From: the human T2T-CHM13v2.0 reference genome, Homo sapiens
Direction: 5' to 3' (one strand)
Length of the DNA: 64,000 nucleotides
NCBI RefSeq assembly: GCF_009914755.1
Contig: NC_060929.1
Part shown: positions 1 to 14,112 of the stretch, piece after piece
Layout: each line of letters opens with the position of its first letter
Numbering within the stretch: position 1 is the stretch's first letter
The notes under the pieces: model-generated
Seen by the model: only the letters and a program-made list of their open reading frames with translations
What the model was told of the DNA's origin: nothing
The model's database searches: none
Translations under genes and position numbers: made by a program

Positions 1-27
1 GCAGTAGGATGAAGAGTCAAGAGGGCT

Positions 28-380
28 GCGTGGAGAGTCAGAGGACCTAGACTCTAGCTCTCTCCACCTCCCTCTGCCTGTATGACCTTGGGCAGGTCAC
101 TTCCATCCCCTGAGGCTCAATTTCCTCATCTGTAAAATGAAAACAGGGTGGATTTAATGGTCTCTGAGGAATCTTCTATGTTGAAAGATAAAGATTTTTT
201 GGGATGCTGGACATTTATTGAACACCAACTGCATACCATCCCCAGATACTGGGCATTTATTGAACACTACTGTATACCACAGCAAATCCATGACTACACC
301 CAGACTCAGAGGGACAAAGAGGCTTGCTCAAGTTGTCCGAGCTAGCAGGTGGCAGAACTGGGATTTGACCCTGGCCTGCC
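28..380. mobile_element. MIR fragments (one on each strand); representative of many MIRs across the window
   Basis: MIR core tgaccttgggcaggtcactt...ctcaatttcctcatctgtaaaatg on + and gcttgctcaag...gctagcaggtggcagaactgggatttgaccc on -. Confidence 0.75.
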
Positions 381-1684
381 TGATTTCTCTTCCCCAACTG
401 TTCTAGGAGCCTTTGCTGCCTCAGCCCCCCAACTCAATGCCACTCCCCCATGCCTGTAAGCTGGACTTCTGTCTTCTCTGTCTGAAAAGTTTGCTTTTGC
501 ACTGAATCCCTCCCGGGCTGCTGGAGTGTGATTTGCTGCCTGACAGCTGGAAGTCAAAGCAGCAAGGCTAACTCCATCCTGCAGGCCTAGCCAAGCTCAG
601 GGGCCCTGAAAGTTTCCAGGGGCAGTTAGACCAAGCTGGGCAACCTTGGGCACGTTGATCAAGCTCTCTGAACCTCGGCCTCCTCATATGTAGTGCAGGG
701 AGGCTACTTCTCCTATTTAGGAGGCGTTGAGATGAATCAACAAGGTGGTGGCACCAAGGAAGCAAAAGGGAGACCCCCGCCTGGAGTCTGGGTGTGTAAA
801 TAAAGAGGCGTGGGGCCAAGGAGGGCTTTAGGGGCCTCGTCCCAGGCGACGTGAGGCCACCGCAGGAAGTTTCTGAGCAGGGGAGTGCTGTGAGGCGAGG
901 AGTATTTTAAGAAGATTCTTCTGGCAGCACAGGCCAGGTTGAGTTGGAGGAGCCGCGTGGGGGAGTGCGAGCGGCGCCCATGCCTGGAAAACTTTGCAAA
1001 TGAGGCCCCCTCTTGGAGCCCTTCAGGATCCAAGGCAATCTGAGAAGCAGGGGCTGGGTCCGAGGTCTCACCCCCGACACAGGTTGCATCTACAACCTCA
1101 GGGCCATCAGCATCCCCAGAGCAACTCAGACAGGCTCCTAGTCCATCACGACGTGCCTTCGCTCAAAGCATGCGTGGCCCACTCAGAGCCGCCGCTAAAG
1201 CTAGGATTTGAAGCTGGGTCTGTAGGACATCAAGTCCAGCGCTCTTCCATCAGAGTTACACATACTCCAGGAACCTTGCCTGAGCCTCAGATGGGCATCT
1301 TACTGCCCTCAACTCAGCCCAGGGCAGGATTAGAGAGAACGGGAGGTCCTGCTTAGCTGCAGACTCAACAACTCCTGCAGGGGGCATGAGAAGGCGGCTG
1401 CAGAACCTGCCCAGACCACACACAGGCTCCACTACATGGTGCCAGTCACAACAGAGTTAACCCTGGCTTCCCCGATTCTGCTAGTCAGGCAGCCACCATG
1501 GCAGAGGCACCAAGAGACACTGCCTGGGACCCCCAGCCCCTCTCCTCCAATCCACATGTCTGTCAGTCCCCCCGTGAGGTTCAAGCTTTCTCAGCTGCCG
1601 GCGAGTTTTATGGCCTCTGATGCTGACAGTGCTGTTCCAAGTCTCTCACCTAACAGCTTCATCACAGGGCTAATGGTCACTGCT

Positions 1685-2775
1685 ATTCATTCAACAAACA
1701 ATCTGTGATGCTTGCTTTGTGCCAGGCCCTGGGGCCAAAGAGATGTTTAGACACAGCCCTGCCTCAACAGCCCCAGGCTGGCAGCAAAGAGACACTGCAG
1801 GAGATGGGAGATAGTCTGTCCAGCCAGGAAACTCCTAGAAGTCTCCCCAGAGCCCATCATACCTATAAGGAGATCTGAGGGGGGCGGGGGGCAGGGAAGC
1901 CAGACACAGCCATTGGTAGGGGAGAGGAAGGAGTGTCCCCAGCATGTACAAAGGCTGAGGCATGATGAAAGGCCCCAAAAAGGAGGGACAGACTGCTGCA
2001 GAGGGGCCCATCTACCCAAGGGGGTCAGGAAGCATCCCTGGACCAAGCGATGCTGAGCTGAGTTTTGTGTAGGAGTACAAGTCAACCAGGGGACAGGAGG
2101 AGGACAAGGCATTCCAAGAAAGGGAGAAGCAAGTGCAACACAGGCAAGGGAGAACAGGGTGTCTTCTGGCAATTGCAAGGTGTTGTTCAGTGTGACTGAA
2201 GGAGAGGGCACGAGGGAGGCATGGGCAGAGTAAGACTCAGAGGACTCAGGGGCTATTTCAGGTGCTGGGACAGAGCCACAGGAAGGGTGGGTGAGAGTCC
2301 TACTCCTAGAGAAAAGTCATTCTAGTTGAGGAGATGCAATAAACACATTTAAATGAATAAAGATAATTCCAGACAGTGGCAAGTACTACAAAAACCATTA
2401 AATAGAGTAGTGCAATAGGAAGTGAGGTCCTGTTTTAAATATAGCAATCAGAGGGGTTGCTTTGGGGAAGGGACATTCAAGCCAGAATGTGAATACCAAG
2501 AAGGAGCCTGCCAGGCAAAGATGAGCATGTTTCAGGCAGCAGAGAGCATGTGCAAAGGTCCTGAGGCAGGAACAAGCTTGGCAACCCGGGGAAGGCAGGG
2601 AGTCCGTGTGGCTGAAGCAGAGTGAGCCGGGGAGAGCAGAAGGAAAGGAGGGCATAGAGGAGACGGCTCAGTTTGCATGGGCTTCAGAGGCCCAGAGAGT
2701 GACTGGATTGCATTCTACCTGTGCTGGTTTCTTCTAAGCCAATGGAGACTTTCAAACAGAGGTGTGTCGTGATCT
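1685..2775 (-). mobile_element. L2 fragments
   Basis: attcattcaacaaaca...tgtgccaggccctgggg; ttcaggcagcagagagcatgtgcaaaggtcctgaggcaggaacaagcttgg. Confidence 0.65.
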
Positions 2776-5700
2776 AACTTACACTTCTCAGGATCCCTCC
2801 TCTGCTGTGGGAGGCTGTGCTGGTGTGTGTTTTTAACACCAGCCAGTGCTGCCGTGTGTGCAGGACCGATGTCCACACTTCACAGGTGGAAACAGAGCAC
2901 AAAACAGTCAGTTTGCTTGTTTGGGTGGCACTGACCTGTCCATTGTCACCAGCCAGCAGCTCAAAGGGATGTCCGGCTACCCTTGGGTGAGGACAGGGTA
3001 GTGTGCTCTCTGATTCCAAAGGGACACCTGATGGTGAGTTTCGCAACACTGGACGTCCGTGTATACTTTCCTGGGACTGATGTCACAAAGAACCAGAATC
3101 TTCCTTAGGCCAAGAAACATGGACCCCTCATCTCATACACAGGACCTCATGCATGCAGCCGAACCCCACACTGGATGTTAGAGGCACAAAGACTTGACCT
3201 TGAGGGGCTCCCAGCATGGCTGGGGAGATAGCACATAAGCAGAGACTCTCCCTGCACAAGGGGGTGCTACCACGCTGGACAGGGGACCACACTGGCTGGG
3301 GGAGCCTTCTCAGGGAGAGAAGAGGAGAGGCTCCTGGAGAGAAGCCCTCTGCCGCAGGTCCTCGTTGGGGTCATCATGGGAGAAGCCGGGCTTTGGAGCT
3401 GGACTCACCTGAGCCTCTCGGTGTTATAGCTCCCCTGCTGCGTGAGCTCCAACAGGGCCCTGGACCCCACCCTGGCTCCATCTCCCCTTGGAAGCACCTT
3501 CCTTGCCTTGCTCCAGCCATTGGGGTCATGGCATGTGGCCTCTCACCAGGTGGGCTATCAGCAAACATGAGTCCCTTCCTCAAATATTAATGGAATTGTC
3601 CCTTTGGGGGAACGACCGTGTGACTCTGAGCATGAGAAGTGTGGTTTTGGGTACCATCTGTTTCCCACTGAATCAGGGGCTCCCTGTGCTCCAAAGGAGC
3701 CACATACACAGAAGTCATCCTTGGGAATGTGTGGTCTGTGCAGCGGGCCACACCACGGCATCAAGGCACATGAGGGCAATGGCGCAGGCCGAGTGAGGAA
3801 CCTGCTGTTGATGCTGATCAAAATACTGGAGTTTGCAAGTGACAGTTTTTTTGTTTTTTTTTTTAAGCAAATTAGGGTTGATTCAAAGATTTCCCTGTAA
3901 CAACGTCACATTCAGGATGATCTAGCATCAGCCAGATATGGGGCCCTGGGGTCTGAGGTCACCCATGCAGGGCCCAGCAAGGGGGTGGTATTTGGGCCGT
4001 GCCTTGAAGAAAAGGAAGGGCTGGCTGTATGGAAAACGCAAGTCTGGCAGGAGGATGAGTGGGCGGGAGACAGAGGCAGGAAAGCTGCACAGGCGCAGGG
4101 AGCCTCCAGAGGTTCCTTTCGGCTGGCCAGAGCAGACTAGAGCCGCACTGGGAAGGACCCTGACCACTAAGGTCAAGGTCTAGTCTAGACTCTGGCCAAC
4201 ACACCTGCACTTCCTCGGAACACCCCCTTGATGTTCCACATCAAAAGGTGCATGATCAAATAAGTTCTAGAAATGCCACATGCTGCTTCACCTCTTGGAA
4301 AATCATCATCCACAGGAGCACAGCAAAGGCCCTGAGAAGTCCTGCAGGGGAAGTCTGTCTGATTCCATTTAGCCCAGCAATCCCCACTCATTTGACCGAG
4401 GGCACCCTCATCCCCAGAACCCCCACTAATATCTGCAAGATCCACTTTGAAAAATGCCACCATAGAAAGGGGTGAATTGCTGAGCAGGGGCAGAGCGATG
4501 TGTTCAGAGCTGGGCTCACTGAGTCGGAACCAGGTGAGGGCTGGGAGTGACGAAGGGGCTGAGGGAGCCAGGCTGAGGCAGAGACACAACTAGGAGGCTG
4601 TGTGTGGTGCAGAGTGGGGCTGGGAAGGCCTGAGGAACCAGAGGCAGGAGGGAGGTGGTAGGGGCAGAGAGACAAGAGATCTCAGGGGGTGAGTAGTCCA
4701 GATTTGGCATCCAAGCAGACCAGGGATTTGAGCTTAAGGAACCACAGAGATGGTAGAGCCGCTGCCTGAGGTGGTTCTGGTGGGAGATAAATAAGTGTGG
4801 CTCAGGGCATCTTGCGTGTGAGGAGCCTGTGGACAGGTGGCTGTACCACACTAGAGACAAAGCCCACTTTCTTGTCTCTTCAAAGGTACCCTCAGGTTGA
4901 AAGGTGGCCCCCTTTGGTTTGAGCTGGGGAGCCCCTTAATGAAACACACCAGCACCATTCATTCATTCCTCCAGTAAACAGCTGTCAGGTCCAGTTGGGG
5001 CCAGGTTGAAGGGCCACGGTGAAGCCTGCACAAAGGCCCAGTGAGGCTGGGGCTGACTGCCCAGGGCAGGTGCCATGTGTCCTGGGTCATAAACAGTCAC
5101 ACAAGGAGAAAGGGCATCCCAGGCAGAGGCACGTGCAGCTTGAGGTGCTGAAAAGGGTGTGGAGAAGAAACACGTGACTGGAGGGAGATTTCCCCCACAA
5201 GAAGTCACTTCATGGCCCAGACCTCAGCTTTCCCACCTGTGAAATGGGCGTAATAACTTCCACTGTGGGGTCCTCTGCAAGGCCCACAGAGGAATGGCTG
5301 CGGAAGCTCCCTCATCCACACTCCAGGCCCTACTAGGCCTTATGCCAGCCATGGGGGCCACCAAGATGAATGAGTCTCAAGACCAAAGTGGGCTTCTTTG
5401 TGCCACTGGCACAGGATATCTGCTTTTTGCCCTCCAGGGTTTAGGAGGTGGTTATTGCTGGAATCAACGCCGGGGCTGTCCTCAGCTCCCAGGGACTAGG
5501 TTCCAGATGTGTGCATCTGGCAGCCGTGCTTTGGTCCTGGCTTGAGTGTGAGGATCCGTGGGCCGCTCAAGAAGAGGCAGATGTATTTTGACAAGCCTGC
5601 CACAGCTTCTGCAGCATCCTGAGTCAAAATAAGCCCTTCTCTTGGGCAGCCCCTGGGACGGGCTATTTCTGCACCGTGTTTCTTTTTTCTACACAGGGGG

Positions 5701-8700
5701 CTGAACAGCAATGATTCCAGCTAAAAACAGAAGCTGCCCCAGCTGGAGCCCACAATATTCCCCTCAATGACAGAAACCTCAGCGCACAGCCTGTCAGGAA
5801 CTCAGGAAGTCTTTCGTGTGGGCTCAAACTCAGATAATTTCCCCTGAGGGTAGGCAGTCCAACTCCAGGAACACTCTGATAGCCTTCCAACCCCAGGTGG
5901 TTACGAATAATAAAAATAAGTCCTCACAGGAATACAAAAATTTACCAATGACAAAGTATTTTCTTGCCTAAACAGTAACTTGTTGAGGGGATTCTATTAT
6001 TCCCATTTTAACAATGAGCAAACGGAGGTTTTGAGAGTTGACCTGCCTCTGGAGGGATGGAGGAGAGAAGATTTGAGCCCATAGCTGTTGAACTGTCTTG
6101 GTAGAAAGAAAGAGCCTGCAAAAGAGAAAATGGAATTGCAGCAGAGGTGGCTTCAAACAGTTTCTCGGTTTGACCAGATCAGCACCAAACGGCTAGAGTT
6201 CTTGCTTTCTGTGCCAGGCACCATGCAAAGGCACGTACATTCACACACTGCATCTCATTTAATCTTCCGAACAGCCCCGGAAATGGGGATTGCTGTTGCC
6301 TTTTTCTGGATAGGGAAACTGAGGATCAGAGAGACAAAGTGTCTTCTTCCCATTTGGCTACAAGTAACGCAGGTTCAACCTGGGGTCTTGTGCATCCAGC
6401 AACCATGCAGAAAAGTCCTTTGCCTCCCTGGTACTGGAAGAGCTGAGGCCAAGGACCAGCTAGGTGGGATGGGAAGTAGGGCTGACCCCAGAGAAAGCAG
6501 GGCGGGCAGGTGAAGGTGTCTCGCGGTGTTTTCCAAACCCAGGGAAGCATTGGCATCTCCGTGACTGTAGGTGGTTCTGTGGGTACCACTCTCGATAGCA
6601 AGTCATATACTGAGGAATCTTTCAACACTCCAGTCATGTCTGTGAGGAAGTCTCAGTACGTCCTCAGCAGTCTCTAATGTTAGCCCCCTCCCTGTCCATG
6701 ACCAGAGGGCTAGCCTCAGACTGAGGGCCCAGGCCCAACAGCGTGGGGCAAGACAGTACACGGGTTTCCTTTTCACTGCATTTATGTGCATTGTTACCTT
6801 CTGTTAATAGCAAGTGATACTAGTTTTCTGGTTTAAAGTGCCCATGTGAGGTTTCTTTTTTAAATAAATGCACCAAAGCGTTTTATTTTTGCAAGTGAAT
6901 GAAATGAGAGAAATGTTAAGTAAATAGCATAGGTGGTTTGGAGACGTGGCAAATACCATAGAGGTGCTACTCCACCAGTCAAGCCGGGGACACACTGGCT
7001 CCTCAATTCTGGGCCAGCCCTGGCAACAGCCTCACACGGTGCCCCTGGAAACAGCTGTGAGGACCCCTGAGAAACTGGCCCCAGCGCCCCTCCTCCGAGA
7101 GCTGCCCGGCCTCTTGTCTTTCAGGGTTGTACAGAGGCTGTCAGGAGCTCCAGGCCTCAGTCCCACCCTGTCACCTGCTGAAAGAGCTGGGTACCAGGTC
7201 TTATTTGTCTCTGGGCCCCAGTTCCAGCACAGGCTCCCACAGGCTTGCTGGCAAATATCTGTCTATTGTGCCCTGAGATATGCTGGGGACAAGGGGCAGA
7301 GTCTCTCGGAGGTAAAATTATGAAAATAGCAACTTGAACCCATAAGAGGAGACGGTACAAAGTCAGCAACTGTCTGCACCGGCCCCTTCTCTCATGGACA
7401 TCCAAATTCAAGCCCTTCTTGTGATGCAATAGGAAAGGGCGGTTCTGGAACCACACGGCCAGAGCACAGATCTCAGGGGCCTCTGACGACTGAGGGCCTT
7501 GAGCAAGCGGCTGCACTTCCCTCCCCAGCTTCCCCCTCTGTGGAGTGCGATTGCTGCAATGCCCACTTTCTAGGTCTGTTGAGAGGCTCCCTGAGTTCAT
7601 GCAGATGAAGAGCTTACAGCACCCCTGGCCCATGGCACCCCATTCATGGTACCTGTTCCTCCATGGCAGGCACTGGCTAGCAATTCCCAGATGTTATCTC
7701 AAGCCTGGCATCAGCCTGGCAAAGTGGGCTCAGAGAGGCGCAGTGCCTTGCTCTAGATCACACAGCCAGAAAGTGCTGGGGCTGGGTAGGAGCCCAGGTT
7801 CTCCAGCTTCATGCCCGGTGCCCTGTCCCCCGCACCCCTGAGCCCCTACCCATGTGTCCTTGTCCTGAGGCCCCCACTTCTCACAGCTCCTCCTTCCTTT
7901 GACCAGCTCTTTTCTCCTTTTATCTTCCACAGTGAGAACTCTTTTCCTTTTGACCAGGGACAGCCAGGCCTTCGTTTGCTGGATCAATCTTAAAGCTCCC
8001 TGCTGACCCCAGCCTTCCTGCCACCCTTGCTGCCTGCCATCCCAGCCTAGGTTTCCTCCATAAAGTCACTGGGGAAGCAAGGACTCTTGATTGCATGACA
8101 CAGAACCCTAACTCAAACTGGGGAGGCGCAAATAGTCCACGCAACCTTTCTGAGCCTCAGTTTGCCCTTCAGTGTAATGGGGTCATAATGCTACATGCAG
8201 TACAATTGATGTAAGGATGAAAGGAAGCTATGCATGTCAAAGCCTTAGAACCGTGCCTGGCAGGTGGTGAGCACTCATTATCAGCGTACTATTTGTATTA
8301 TTATTACTACTGTTATTAGCACTACTCAAGGCATGCGGGGTCAGAGACACTGCCCCATCTTCAAAGAACTCACTGTTAAGAAGGAAAAGCCTAAATATGT
8401 ATACAAAGATAAGTAAACATCCCAAGATCACAGCAGCCTACGAGACAGCAGAGCCAGAGTGAATTTTGCAGTGTCAGAGTGATACAACACTGCAGTCAAA
8501 CAGGTGTACCATGATCCAGCGCCACAGTGGGAGCGAAAAAATTACACAATCCATTGATTCCACAAACATTTACCAGGTACCCGCCATGGGCCAGGCGCTG
8601 TGCCAAGGCATCGGGGCTGCAACAATGGCCAGACAGACGTCATCTCTGCCTCTGGGGGACTCCCACCCAGCAGAAGAGATAAACCCAGAACAAATAATTA

Positions 8701-9119
8701 TTGAAGTTCAGTGGAGCTCAGAAGAAAAATTATATTAGGCCATAAAATGTCTACCAGAAAACAGAGCTTAGTCTGAGGGTGTAGCCAGCAAGGCTTCTTT
8801 CCTGAGGACCTGGGGATTAAAGGGCATGACAGTCGGCAGGGAGAGCAGCTGGATGAGAGCAGGAGAGTAGACATTACACACAGTATTTAGGGGTGACATC
8901 TGCCTTCTACCATAAGGCAGAGCAGTCGAGGTTCAGTCCAGAGTCGAAATGTGTGGAGTCTAATCCCAGCTCTACCATGTGCTAGCCGTGACCTCTCAGC
9001 CAATATAATACACCTCTTTTAGCCCTAGTTCCTTCATCTGCGTAATGATCACAATGTCAGTACCCCACTGGATTAAGTGAAATAACACATGTGAACTACT
9101 TAGCACAATGCCAGTCAAT

Positions 9120-9640
9120 CCTATTTTAGATGCAAGTGATAGAAAAACAAATGTAAATGGTTTAAGGCCAAAGGAGTTATATTTGTTCATGTAACTGATA
9201 AGTTCAAGGGTAGATCTCTGGATTTCAGGAAGGGCTTGATCCAGGAGCTCAAAAAATGTGACCGAGGTTCAGCCTCTCTCTGTCTATCAGCACCTCTTCT
9301 GGCGTGGCTTTCCTTTGCGGCAGGCTCTTTCCACACTGTGACCCTGCAGCTTCAGGCTCATGCTTTCCCAGCTCAGTAAGTCCAACAGAAAGAGAGGTTT
9401 TCTAATATTTTCAGGACGAGCCCCAGGATCGAGTCTCACTGGACCATCTTGGATCACATGTTCATCCCTAAATCCTAGGCCTGGATTACATGCCAATCTC
9501 TAGAGCTTGAGGGAAAGGAGATTCAATTCCATCCAAACCACATGGCCAGAGAACGGGAAAGAGTGGTTCCCCAAGGTAATATTAAGGTGCTATACGGAAG
9601 AAAGGCTACCAGAGAAAATAGGACAACCTGCGTCTACCAT
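9120..9640 (-). mobile_element. Old MaLR LTR (MLT1J/K-like)
   Basis: gcaagtgatagaaaaacaaatgtaaatggtttaagg...catgtaactgataagttcaagg...tctcactggaccatcttggatcacatg. Confidence 0.65.
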
Positions 9641-9769
9641 AGCAACCACACAGAGACACAGGATGACCATGGACAGTGCAGAATAATCCCTCAGTGCCAC
9701 CTCATCCTACATCCAGCCATGGAGTGAGCCTCATCTCCCATGCAGACATCCTGGTTCCAGAAGGACAGA

Positions 9770-10180
9770 TAGGTTAAGAGAGCAAATTCTTGGACTAAAC
9801 AGCCTAGAAGCAACCCTGGTATAGCACCTTCTAGTTGTGCGACCTTGGCAAGTTTCCTAACCTCTCTCTGCCTCTCTCCTTCTCTGTAAAATGGGCATAA
9901 CAATAGTACTTACCTCATAAGGTGGTTGTGTGGCTGAAATGAGGTAGTATAAAGCTCATGTAAACCCATTTTCGTTAAGCACCCAACTGTGTGCCTCACA
10001 TTCAGCTGAGACTTCTGTACAGTCCTCATCTAATCTTCACCACAGACATGGGTTTTTGTACCCCTGCACTTCTGATGAGGAAACTGAGGCTCAGAGAGGT
10101 GCAGTGACTTGCCTACAGTCACCCAGCTAGTGAATGGCCAAGCTGGAGCCCAGCCCCAGGCTTTCAAATGCAACATCTGA
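9770..10180. mobile_element. Adjacent inverted MIR pair
   Basis: A + strand core (gaccttggcaagtttcctaacctctc...ctgtaaaatggg) is followed by a - strand core (gatgaggaaactgaggctcagagagg...gtcacccagctag). Confidence 0.75.
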
Positions 10181-11096
10181 GCTCCCGCCACGCTCCGCGC
10201 AGAGCCAAGCCGAGGAATCTGACAACCCAGCAGCCCAAGTGGAAAGACAGAGCAGGTTTCCAAGGAGAAGGAGGAGAGGTGTTGGGAACATGCAGTTATT
10301 TACAGGATGCCGTGTGGGCTGCGGCATGCGAGAGGGAGCTGTCCTGAGGTGAGGAGGGAGCGGGAGAGACTGGGTCCTCAGTTTCCTCATCTACAGACAG
10401 AGATGACGATGGCAGCCTCTCACCAAGAGTGGGCTGATGAAAGGACGTGGCAAATGTGCAGGGCCTGCGCACAGCGGGTTCTCAGGAAGGTGGGGGGTGG
10501 GGAGGACCAGCTGGGGTGTGATTGGTTGGCTGTTGTCTTCATCAGTAGGACCAGAGCCTGACCCAGGGACTGTGGGCCTCAGCTTTCCCAGAAATGAGGA
10601 AGGAACTTGCCTGGATCCTTCACTGCGGACCTTGGTTCTCCAAAAATGGCAATTCGCTAAGGAAACTGAGCTGACAAATGCAGTCAGAGAATTTAGAACT
10701 GGGGACTGAAGAACTGAACTAGGGACTCATGACAGATTCTACCTGCTTATTAAAACCTCCAAATGGCCCCCATCTCAGTCTGATAGCATCCAGGCCTCTC
10801 ACTAGGGCTGATGAGGTCCCAAACAACCTGGGACTCAGTTCCCATTACATTCCCTGCCACCTGGGCTCCATTCTGTCCTGGGAACAAGCCAAGCTCACTC
10901 CCAGCTCAAGGGAGCATCCTTCAGGCCACACTTTCTGCCCCAGATCTTCAGCATGGGCCTCATCCAATTTTTCAGGTCAGGCTCAGATGTCACCTCTAGG
11001 AGCCATACTGGGACATCCCTGTCCTGTCTTTCTTTCTCATATCAACTGGCTTTATTTCTGCAGCGCACTCACCACTCTGAATTATCTTTCCATTCA

Positions 11097-11458
11097 CAGA
11101 TGCTCCTTGACTTACAATGGGTTTATGTCCCAATAAACCCATCGTAAGTTGAAAATACTTTAAGGTGAAAATGCATTTAATACACTGAACCTACTGAGCA
11201 TCATTGCTGAACCTAGTCTACCTTAAACGTGCTCAGACACTTACGTTAGCCCAGTTGTGCAAAGTCAACTACCACAAAGCTGCTTTATAATAAAGCGTTG
11301 GATATATCATGTAATTTATTGAATGTTGTACTGAAAGTGGAAAACAGAGTGGTTGTATGGGTACCTGAGGTACGGATTCTACTGAATGTGTATTGCTTTC
11401 ACACCACTACAAACTCAAAAAAATCATAAGTGGAACCATTGTAAGTTGGGAGCCATTG
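11097..11458 (+). mobile_element. Tc1/mariner (Tigger-family) MITE, MER47A-like, inserted in an L2
   Basis: cagatgctccttgacttacaatggg...accattgtaagttgggagcc form degenerate terminal inverted repeats around an AT-rich ~360 bp element. Confidence 0.78.
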
Positions 11459-13910
11459 TATCTGTTAATTGCCTGTCCACTCCCACCAGAAACTCCCCAT
11501 TAGGCAGGGCCCTCCTCTGCCTTATTCACCCAGTATTCCAGCTCAGAGACATGCCTGGCCCAGAGCACGTGCTCAGGGAGCAGTGTTAAGTGAGCACGAA
11601 GGTGCTGGTCTCTGCCAGACATGGGCATGATGGTTGATTCCAGCTGCTGGTAGCTGTGTGCCTCCCAGCAGCGCCAGGGCCTGTGCATACACTGTCTCAG
11701 CCCAGCAACGTGCCTGCAAGGAAAGTGTCAACATCCCACTTTGCAAATGAGGAAACTTAGGCTCAGAGTGGAAAGCTGACTTGCCCAAAGTCACACAGTG
11801 AGGGCCTGGCAAAGTCTGGATACAAACCCAATGCCCCTTCCTGCCATTCCCCGGGGAAAAGAGCTCTGAAGAACAGTACATAATAGGAGGTAAGAGAACT
11901 CCTTCGGTGAGACCCTCCTGGAGCCCCAAAGTGCTCAATACTGAGGACTGGGAATCGTGAGCTGGTGCCTGTGGTGGACATGACCAGAGCACAACCATAC
12001 CCACTTACCCCTCTTCTGAGCACAAGCGACACCACCCTTCCCAGCCCCCTGCAGCGGGCAGGCCCAAGGCACTAGGCCTGGCCAATGAATGGTGAGCAGA
12101 AATGTGGCTATTGGTGAATCCACGAAGACCCTGGCAGGGAGCATGGGCCACTTTATCTGGCCCATTTGAGGAGAGCTACATCAAGGCATGGGCAGCGTGA
12201 ACAGATGCCACAAGGATGGCTCAGCCCCCGGGGGCCAGTGTCAGTGGGGAGCCATTAGCACCTCCAACCTGAGGGGCGAAGGAGGAGCAGCTGCCAAGCC
12301 TAGAGAGGGTACAAGCAGGAAATGTACACAATATATTACACCAAAAATATCCCAGTGACAAAATGACATGATGATGGGGCCAAAGCATGGAAGGATCTTG
12401 CGAAGTTATAGGCACCGGCTGCAAAATGCAAAAAAGCCTCCACCTTCAGCTGAGAGACACTCTGATTGTGCTCTTTTCCTTGCCTCTAATCCCTGCCAGT
12501 ACCTCTTTGATAAAACCCAAGAAAGCTGAAGACCAAGGGAGCCTGTTGATTGGTCTATGTGGGGCAGCCTCCTGGCCACAGGGCAGCAGTGGAAGGAAAA
12601 GGGCAGAACCGGAGAAAGAAACAAGATAGCCCGAAGGATCACTTTCCAGCATGGAAACCTTGGTGACACACAGCTCCCTCTTGCTACCAGAGAAGCCACG
12701 TGATCTGATGGCATCACAAGACGATGGAGCCTCCATGAGCCTCACCAACCTAGCATACAGGGTCCCTCCTCCAACTACAGCCTGGCATGGTCTGACCATC
12801 ACAGTGGGAACCAAAACAAAACTAAGCAAAAACAACAACAAGCTAAGGAGACACATCTGAGAGGCTATTGCAAAGAAAAAAGCATCTTTGGGAAAACATT
12901 TAAAACTTGATGACTTGGAATCAGGAGGCGTAGCCAGGGCAGAGAGGCCTTGAAATTATGCAGTCCAAAAACACTCTGAAAGTCACCTTGGGAAGGCCTG
13001 TGGGACCAAGAATAAGAGGCCTTTCAAATGCATCAAATGGAAAGAGGCCAGATAAAGAACTGGCAAGATGCTTGATGATCATAGCTCTGAGATGAAAAAG
13101 AGATATCGAGAAGATCTGAGGAAGCCACAGCCCCAGTCCCAACTGAGGAGGACCCCAGGGAAATCCCTGCTCCCAAATGGTCTCTTGGAAGTAAGGGCAC
13201 CAAAGGCACTGCTCTTGCAGGCAAATGTTCCAACTCCAGTTGACAAACTAGATGCAGACAAATTGCCAGGAACAGATGGCACCTGCCCAAGAATGCCGAC
13301 GCCACTCAAAGGTGAAATTGCAGAGCTGTTGGCCAAAAGTATGTGCATCTTTGAGGGGGTGTGGAGATATGAACTGTGGATATGATGTTTGGACTTTGGC
13401 AAATCTTTAAGCAAGCACCACCATTGTGAATTCCCTCTCTTTCAGTCAACGTGACCATGGGGACCAGCTTGTAGTAGGTCAAGATGCAGCTTAGAGACAA
13501 AGGAAGATCAGCTTCTTCTTTGAATGTGAGAATATTAAATGGTGGGGCTTCCCAGGATTTGGACCTGCCTGATAAGAAGTTTTCTGAAGGAGGGGACACA
13601 CAGCTCCAAAGTTACAGATTCCAGCAGGTCCCTTCCAGGTGGCCGAGACAGAAACCTAATTCAGAGCAACTGAAGTAAAAAGGCAGCATTTATTGGCTCA
13701 CATAACTGAAAAGTGCATGAGCAGAGCCGGGACCTGGGCCCTCACACACTGTCATCAGGAATTTGTCTCCTGCCCTTCGCTCAGCTGTGTGCTTCTCTGC
13801 ATTGGCATCACCCTCGGGCAGGCCCTCCCCAGGTGGTGGCAAACCAGTCACCAGCTGCTCAGTCCCACATTCTGCCAGCCCTGCTAATCCCATACATACA
13901 GCCTCCTTTT

Positions 13911-14112
13911 GGTCAGGCACTGTGGCTCATGCCTGTAATCCCAGCACATTGGGAGGTCAAGGCAGGAGGATCACTTGAGCCCAGGAGTTCAAGACCAGCC
14001 TGTAGCCCCAGCTACTGCAGATGCTGAAGCAGAGGATCTCTTGAGCCCAGGAGGTTTTAGGCGGCAGTGAGCCATGATTGTGCCATTGCTCTCCAGTTCT
14101 GTCTCAAAAAAA
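13911..14112 (+). mobile_element. Alu (AluJ-like) with internal deletions
   Basis: ggtcaggcactgtggctcatgcctgtaatcccagca...gatcacttgagcccaggagttcaagaccagcctg is fused directly to right-arm sequence; A-tail present. Confidence 0.9.

Noticed and set aside
342-355. CTCF-like motif CTAGCAGGTGGCAG
   Set aside because: It lies in a MIR segment that resembles the motif by descent and mismatches the core; it cannot be supported without ChIP data.
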